DNA of 64,000 nt, counting the filler, from Stramenopiles sp. TOSAG23-6 (lineage: Eukaryota), in assembly GCA_900128565.1 (NCBI GenBank). It is 12 parts of 12 records of this genome, joined end to end, with 100 filler letters (N's around TTAATTAATTAA, not from the genome) between each part and the next. Parts side by side here need not be neighbours in the genome. Positions count along the whole stretch, not along the records: positions 53,826 to 59,085 come from LT636945.1; positions 59,186 to 64,000 come from LT637048.1; 10 more parts are not named here. The stretch is one strand, 5' to 3'. The notes under the pieces were generated by a model. It had not been told where the DNA came from. It ran no database searches and saw nothing but the letters and a program-made list of their open reading frames with translations. The position numbers were made by a program, and so were the translations under genes. How positions within the stretch are numbered: position 1 is the stretch's first letter; each line of letters begins with the position of its first letter. This document shows, in pieces, positions 58,795 to 64,000 of the stretch.

Positions 58795-59085
58795 TATCAT
58801 CTACTCTATCTTTTTCAAAGAGAGAAACTTCTGGATAATTTGTAGCATCACGAAACCATGATCGTGCATATGTCATGTACAATAGAGGTCTAATCTCAGA
58901 TGTTTCATTTGCACCACCATAATGCAATGTTCTATAATCATGAATAATTACTGAACCCTATATTTTTTGTACAATATCTTTTTTTGATTTTTTTTGTTAG
59001 GTATGGAATTTTCTATGAAAAAAAAATGAGAATACTGGTTAGGGTTAAAACGTACATTTCCTTCTAGCAAAGATTCATCAAACTT
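58795..59085 (-). CDS. PhyH-family 2OG-Fe(II) dioxygenase fragment; GT-AG intron 58958-59055
   Basis: GSVIIHDYRTLHYGGAN..RPLLYMTYARSWFRD. Confidence 0.8.
58958..59055 (-). other. family intron with canonical GT-AG ends, 98 nt, phase 0
   Basis: aat|GTACGTTTT...CATACCTAAC...AAATATAG|ggt tca. Confidence 0.82.
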
Positions 59086-59239
59086 NNNNNNNNNNNNNNN
59101 NNNNNNNNNNNNNNNNNNNNNNNNNNNNNTTAATTAATTAANNNNNNNNNNNNNNNNNNNNNNNNNNNNNNNNNNNNNNNNNNNNTTTGTACCTAACAAA
59201 TTTTAGTTTTTTTTTTTCAAATATTTTTCCAAAATACAT

Positions 59240-59597
59240 TGATCGTGCAAAATCAATTCGAGATATTTTAGCTCCAAACTTATGTTACAAAAGTGTTGTA
59301 GATTGTGACCACGCTGCCGAAAGTAAAGAAAAGAATGTTTTTCATCATGAATTTCATTTTTTTTTGTATGAAAATTTTGTACCTAACGATTTTTTTTACA
59401 TCAAAAAAAAAAATTCACAATATATGAGTAAAATTGTTGGACGTTTAAAACTGCTTCAGCAAATACTGGGGAAAACTGGAAGAACGAAAGAAACTGTCAA
59501 ATTGTTTTGTGAAAAAGTGAGATTTGAGCATAAAACTCTCTTGGATCGAATTCAAAATGTTCAACTTGAACAAGTGAATAATACTCAAACTGAATAG
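59240..59597 (+). CDS. hypothetical protein 3' end with an in-frame family intron at about 59333-59425
   Basis: Open frame after a family acceptor; internal TACCTAAC element. Confidence 0.55.
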
Positions 59598-60043
59598 ACT
59601 TTGATATGAAAAAGTCAAGAGTTTACAATTGTTTACAATTAGTTCTAGAAGTTGTACTTTTTTTTATTAAAAACAAACTGAATAGAGTATTATATATACT
59701 AGAAGGATTAATTTTATTTTGTACAAATAGTTAAAATTACAATAAATTTGTAGAAAATGTTTCAAACAAGTGTAAAATTACTATAAATTTAGAACTACAT
59801 AAATTGTATCGAAATGAACAGGACATTCCAGATATCATTGAAGAAGTAAATTTGTTTTACAGTGGCAGAAGAACCTAACCTAACCCTACCCTAACCCTAA
59901 TTCCAAATTTCCAAAAAATTCCAATAATGTCGCAATAAGCAGGTTTATTCCCATAATTAAATTGTAACTGTCGAAAGTCAACTGTCAAAAAAAGGCCAAC
60001 GGAAATTGAGTTACTTCACCCACCGTTGAACAAAACTATCATC

Positions 60044-60904
60044 ATGATTGGTTTTCATCTAATGCTGTTTTTGTTAGTTGTATACCTTGGCATGCAAAAT
60101 ACGTTTGCGCAACAAGCTGTGCGACATGATATTAAATATGAAGATTTAAAACCTGTTGGTTGGTACTGTAAACCAAAGTATGGATATGCTGATGGCGCCG
60201 GTTCAAAATGGTGTTCTGGTAGAGGCATACCAACTACTGAAGTATCAAATTGGGGAAATTGTGCAAAATACCAAACATGTGCTCATAGCTCATCAGAAGT
60301 ATTTGTAATTTGTTGTGAAAAAAGAATGAATGAAATCTTAGAAGACTGTCATGGATCAAGTACACAAGGACGAACTAATGAATGGCGACCTCTTACTGGT
60401 GTGATTCCTGACTGCGGTGGCATTTACAACTCTGGTGACGCCGAGGTTGAAAATGCCATCTATGAAGCAGGCTTAGGTTATATTGGTCAATGGGCATCTG
60501 TATCAGCTACTGCAGAATTCAAATTATTTGGATGTAGTAATAGGAATAAATATTCTTTGGTAATAAGTTATGCATTACTTGGAGTGAATCGAGGTTTAGC
60601 GCTCTGGGTTAACAATGTAGTTCAACATAATGAAATTGTTTTCCCTTCCACAGGTGGTTGGCAAAAGTTTGAAGAAATTACTGTTGATCTCGACGTGGCC
60701 AAAGGTGATAATAGTATAAAATTTATGTCTATCGGATCTGGGGGACCGAATCTTAAAAGAATACAGGTTATTGCTCCACTTTCAGATCGTCTTATTGACG
60801 TTCCAAATTGGATGGACAATAACTGCAATGACGAAGACCGATACGCGCTGTATAGAGAACCAACTTGTGAAGATTCTACAACGTCACAGTGCTGGGTGTA
60901 TTAA
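60044..60904 (+). CDS. secreted Cys-rich protein with CBM6/CBM35-like module
   Basis: Signal peptide; YALL..NR.L.LWVN....FPSTGGW...V.L..GDNSI....GPNLKRI. Confidence 0.65.
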   Translation: MIGFHLMLFLLVVYLGMQNTFAQQAVRHDIKYEDLKPVGWYCKPKYGYADGAGSKWCSGRGIPTTEVSNWGNCAKYQTCAHSSSEVFVICCEKRMNEILEDCHGSSTQGRTNEWRPLTGVIPDCGGIYNSGDAEVENAIYEAGLGYIGQWASVSATAEFKLFGCSNRNKYSLVISYALLGVNRGLALWVNNVVQHNEIVFPSTGGWQKFEEITVDLDVAKGDNSIKFMSIGSGGPNLKRIQVIAPLSDRLIDVPNWMDNNCNDEDRYALYREPTCEDSTTSQCWVY

Positions 60905-61059
60905 GTTTTAGTTAATATCGTTTAATATCGTGAATAAATAAAGTTCTTTAGTTTTTCTTGTATTTATTTCGTGTATACAAACAAAGGGGTTACCAAAGTT
61001 TAATTGAAACATTAAAAAAAAATTGAAAATCCAGAAAATGAAAATATTTTGTTTATTTA

Positions 61060-61515
61060 CTAAAGAGCTAACATTACATCAAGAAATTCTTTTTGCTTCA
61101 CCCGATTGTTACCATCAACATCCAATTCTTTGATAATTTCCAATATTTCAACTGCAGAAAAAGATTTTTCACCGATTTCTTGAAGTGCATCTGTCAAATT
61201 TTCTGGAGTTAAAATTCCATCTTTATCGGTGTCAAATACATCAAATGTGTATTTTAATTCAGCTGAAGTGTCTGTATCTTTCAATCGACCAGTCATAATA
61301 TTGACAAATTCAAGAAAGTCTAAACGTCCGCTTCCATCTAAGTCGACGTCGTTGATCAAGTCCTGCAGCTCTGCATCTGTTGGGTTTTGCCAAAGCGCTC
61401 GCATTATTGTACCTAATTCTTTCATTTCAATCACACCATCACCAGTCCGATCAAACAAATGAAAGATTTGTCGCCATTGTTTTAGTTGTTCAGGTTTGAG
61501 TAAAGTTTCACTCAT
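61060..61515 (-). CDS. calmodulin-like EF-hand protein
   Basis: FDRTGDGVI..KELGTIMRAL.QNPT.AELQDLINDVD.DGSG..DF.EF; four EF hands. Confidence 0.9.
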   Translation of the reverse strand: MSETLLKPEQLKQWRQIFHLFDRTGDGVIEMKELGTIMRALWQNPTDAELQDLINDVDLDGSGRLDFLEFVNIMTGRLKDTDTSAELKYTFDVFDTDKDGILTPENLTDALQEIGEKSFSAVEILEIIKELDVDGNNRVKQKEFLDVMLAL

Positions 61516-61729
61516 TTCTAAATAAAAGTACTATATATATATACAGTAGCGTAACTAGTACTACTACTACTGTATGTATAATTGGATGGTATAGCTACTA
61601 ACATAGAGAAAAAAAACGTTTCATATCGGATATCGTCGGAGATTTTGGAAAATCTTTCAAAAATCTCCTTTCTTTTGACACTTACAGTAGTCTACTTTGC
61701 ATTTATCAATCAGTTCAAGGAAATTTATC

Positions 61730-62305
61730 ATGTCTGATTCTGAATTCCACACAAAATTAATTCCAGGCTTTCCATCGTATCCAACGCCTAATCTTAATGA
61801 TTCTTACTTTGAACCACCTGGAGGAAATGATATTGATATGTTATTCAATACTCACGCAAAAGCCCCTTTGAATAACCTTCATCATCTAATTATTTTGAAG
61901 GCCTATGACCCGCGTTCCATGGACGCCAAGTCATACAAGGAATTTAACAGTCCTGAAACGCTACAAGCTGCCCTTGCCATGCGGGTACTTTTGAAAGGTC
62001 GAGATAATGCGATAAATGCAGGTACGCTGAGATCATACTATATACCCTCCAATCTACGAGAAGACAGACTCATCAGAAATTGGAGCTTCAAATATTGGCA
62101 ACGAAAAGTAGCTACTGCACAAGTAGCTGGAGCGCATGGTAACCCATTATTTCGTCGTTATATTCACGAGTCTTCAAATAAATCAGGTTTGCAAAAGTAT
62201 TACCAAAGACAAACACAAAAGAAGAACGCCATGACGGAATGGCCAATACCTCACAACAGCGATATAAAACAAGGTCATTTGTCAACATTCCTCAACAGTT
62301 TATAG
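61730..62305 (+). CDS. hypothetical protein
   Basis: About 190-aa ORF divergent from the calmodulin-like gene. Confidence 0.6.
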   Translation: MSDSEFHTKLIPGFPSYPTPNLNDSYFEPPGGNDIDMLFNTHAKAPLNNLHHLIILKAYDPRSMDAKSYKEFNSPETLQAALAMRVLLKGRDNAINAGTLRSYYIPSNLREDRLIRNWSFKYWQRKVATAQVAGAHGNPLFRRYIHESSNKSGLQKYYQRQTQKKNAMTEWPIPHNSDIKQGHLSTFLNSL

Positions 62306-62509
62306 ATGCTTCTTCAATGAAAAATAATCTTTAAAATGAATTTTCAGGTAGTTCTATAGCTACGTATTAACAAAGTATATAAAAGTATATTTATTTATGT
62401 TGAATCATAATAAAATAGTGCAATCACAAAATTTTGTTTTAAAAATATTTTCATTAACAAATTTCGTACCTAATGATTTTTTTTTACTAAAACTTGTACC
62501 TAACAATAC

Positions 62510-63943
62510 TCATCTATGGTCTAGTATTGTACTACGAAGTGTTTTTCTTGCTCCAGCTCTATACTTGTGATATCGACTTAATACCCTTTCAATCTCTTTT
62601 TCTTCAGAAAAATCAATCTCTATCTTTCTAGTTTTTGGTAAATTTAGACGTTTCTTCAATACGATATCGTGTTCTGTCGTGAAGGAATATGGAGGGGGTA
62701 ATCCCCTACTTGTAGTTTCTACACTATTTTCACGGTATATTTGACGTGGTGGTGTAGGTGGATATATTTGACGTGGTGGTGTAGGTGGATATAATTGACG
62801 TGGTGGTGTAGGTGGATATAATTGACGTGGTGGTGTAGGTGGAGTTCCGGTGTCAATAGACTCATCAATAAATTTTTTTGATCTTTTAACATCGTCTGTA
62901 AGTGGAGGAATTGGAGGGAAACCCGTCATTTTTCCAGTATTACTTAATTCGTTATATGTACGTGAAGTGTCTGAACTTTTTGTTTGTTTTGTTTGTTTTG
63001 CTTGAACATCAAAATTGCTTTTTCTTGCTGGGGATAAATATGTTTGAGAAATTGATTCTAATGACGACTGATGAAAATTAACATTTCTATTTTTTGGCCA
63101 TGCTAATAGTATAGATGAATCATTACTACTTTCATCATTTGTACTAGAAGGATGAATCCTATTTGTATCAAAATCACTGCCAAGTTTTTCATGATACACT
63201 TTCAAGTGTGAAAAATGTGTTTCAGCTCGTTGCTGTTTTACAAGAGGCTCAGGCTTTTGTCTTGTTTCATTCGAATTACTATCCGATAAATGAGATGAAG
63301 ACATTTGTCTTGTTTCAACTTTACTATTTGACTTGTTTTGAGTTGTACTAAAATTGGATTCAAATGAAATATTGTCATCTTCGAATAATGGTGTTTCTTT
63401 CTGAAAAGTATAATTTTGTTGTGGTAAAGATTCTGCAGGCAATTCTGTATTATGAACTATTTTTTCATCTTTGAAATTTTCGTGAAAGGTTGATGTTTTG
63501 TGAAAAAATATTTTTTCAAAACATTGAAATGTGTTAGGTATAGAATTTCGTACGAGAAAAAAAAATGAAAATCAAATGAAAACGTACATTTCGTTTTTGA
63601 TCTGTCTTGATTGTCATTATTACTATCAATAATATGCTTATACTTGGCATGTTGTAACGTATAATTATGTATTTTGGAAAAATATTTGAAAAAAAAACAT
63701 AAATTTGTTAGGTACAAAATTTCGTACGAAAACAAATCGAATTTGAAAAAACATAAAACATACATAATTCGACGAAAGGACATCTTGCATATTTTTCCAT
63801 GTTACCTCTCCCGTTTTTTCAATATCAAATGCACGAAATAATGCTTTCATTCGATGTGTACTAATCTTTAGCTTATATTTTCGTAATCCGTGGCAAAATT
63901 CATCAAAAGTTATAGTATTTGAACGATCTCTGTCTAAACGATA
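62510..63943 (-). CDS. EF-hand protein with PPTPPRQ repeats, 5' partial; introns 63667-63763 and 63493-63587
   Basis: DRDRSNTITFDEF, FDIEKTGEV; three ORFs join in frame by GT-AT removal. Confidence 0.78.
63493..63587 (-). other. family intron, GT-AT, 95 nt, phase 1
   Basis: aaa t|GTACGTTTT...TATACCTAAC...CACAAAACAT|ca acc, in frame with ORF 62510. Confidence 0.83.
63667..63763 (-). other. family intron, GT-AT, 97 nt, phase 0
   Basis: tat|GTATGTTTT...CGTACGAAATTTTGTACCTAAC...CCAAAATACAT|aat. Confidence 0.83.
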
Positions 63944-64000
63944 ATAAAGTATTTTGGAAAAATATTTCAAAAAAAAAATCGTTAGGTACAAAATTTCGTA

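Overview
AT-rich, gene-dense nuclear DNA of a flagellated protist (CFAP161, SAXO-like and kinesin genes; exact lineage cannot be determined from this window). The window is not contiguous. It is 12 size-sorted contigs of about 5.3 kb joined by 100-nt N-TTAATTAATTAA-N linkers, so adjacency across linkers is meaningless. It contains about 40 complete or partial protein genes. The main discovery is that nearly every intron belongs to one repeated family, mostly 84-111 nt long: GTA(T/C)GTTTT ... central palindrome GTACGAAA|TTT(C/T)GTAC fused to a CTAAC branch-like motif ... GAAATATTTT ... AATACAT. Restoring conserved reading frames requires removing these introns with a non-canonical GT-AT boundary (15 solid cases, 3 tentative); only 2 complete copies end in AG. 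The elements have inverted termini (GTAT...ATAC) and are usually flanked by AT on both sides. This suggests introner/MITE-like elements whose AT target-site duplication supplies a non-canonical 3' splice site. Secondary observations: a divergent pair of signal-peptide + F-box-like + repeat proteins, tandem hypervariable BspA-type LRR genes, and short TTAGGG arrays inside genes and promoters. All splice calls are inferred from DNA reading frames; no RNA evidence is available.
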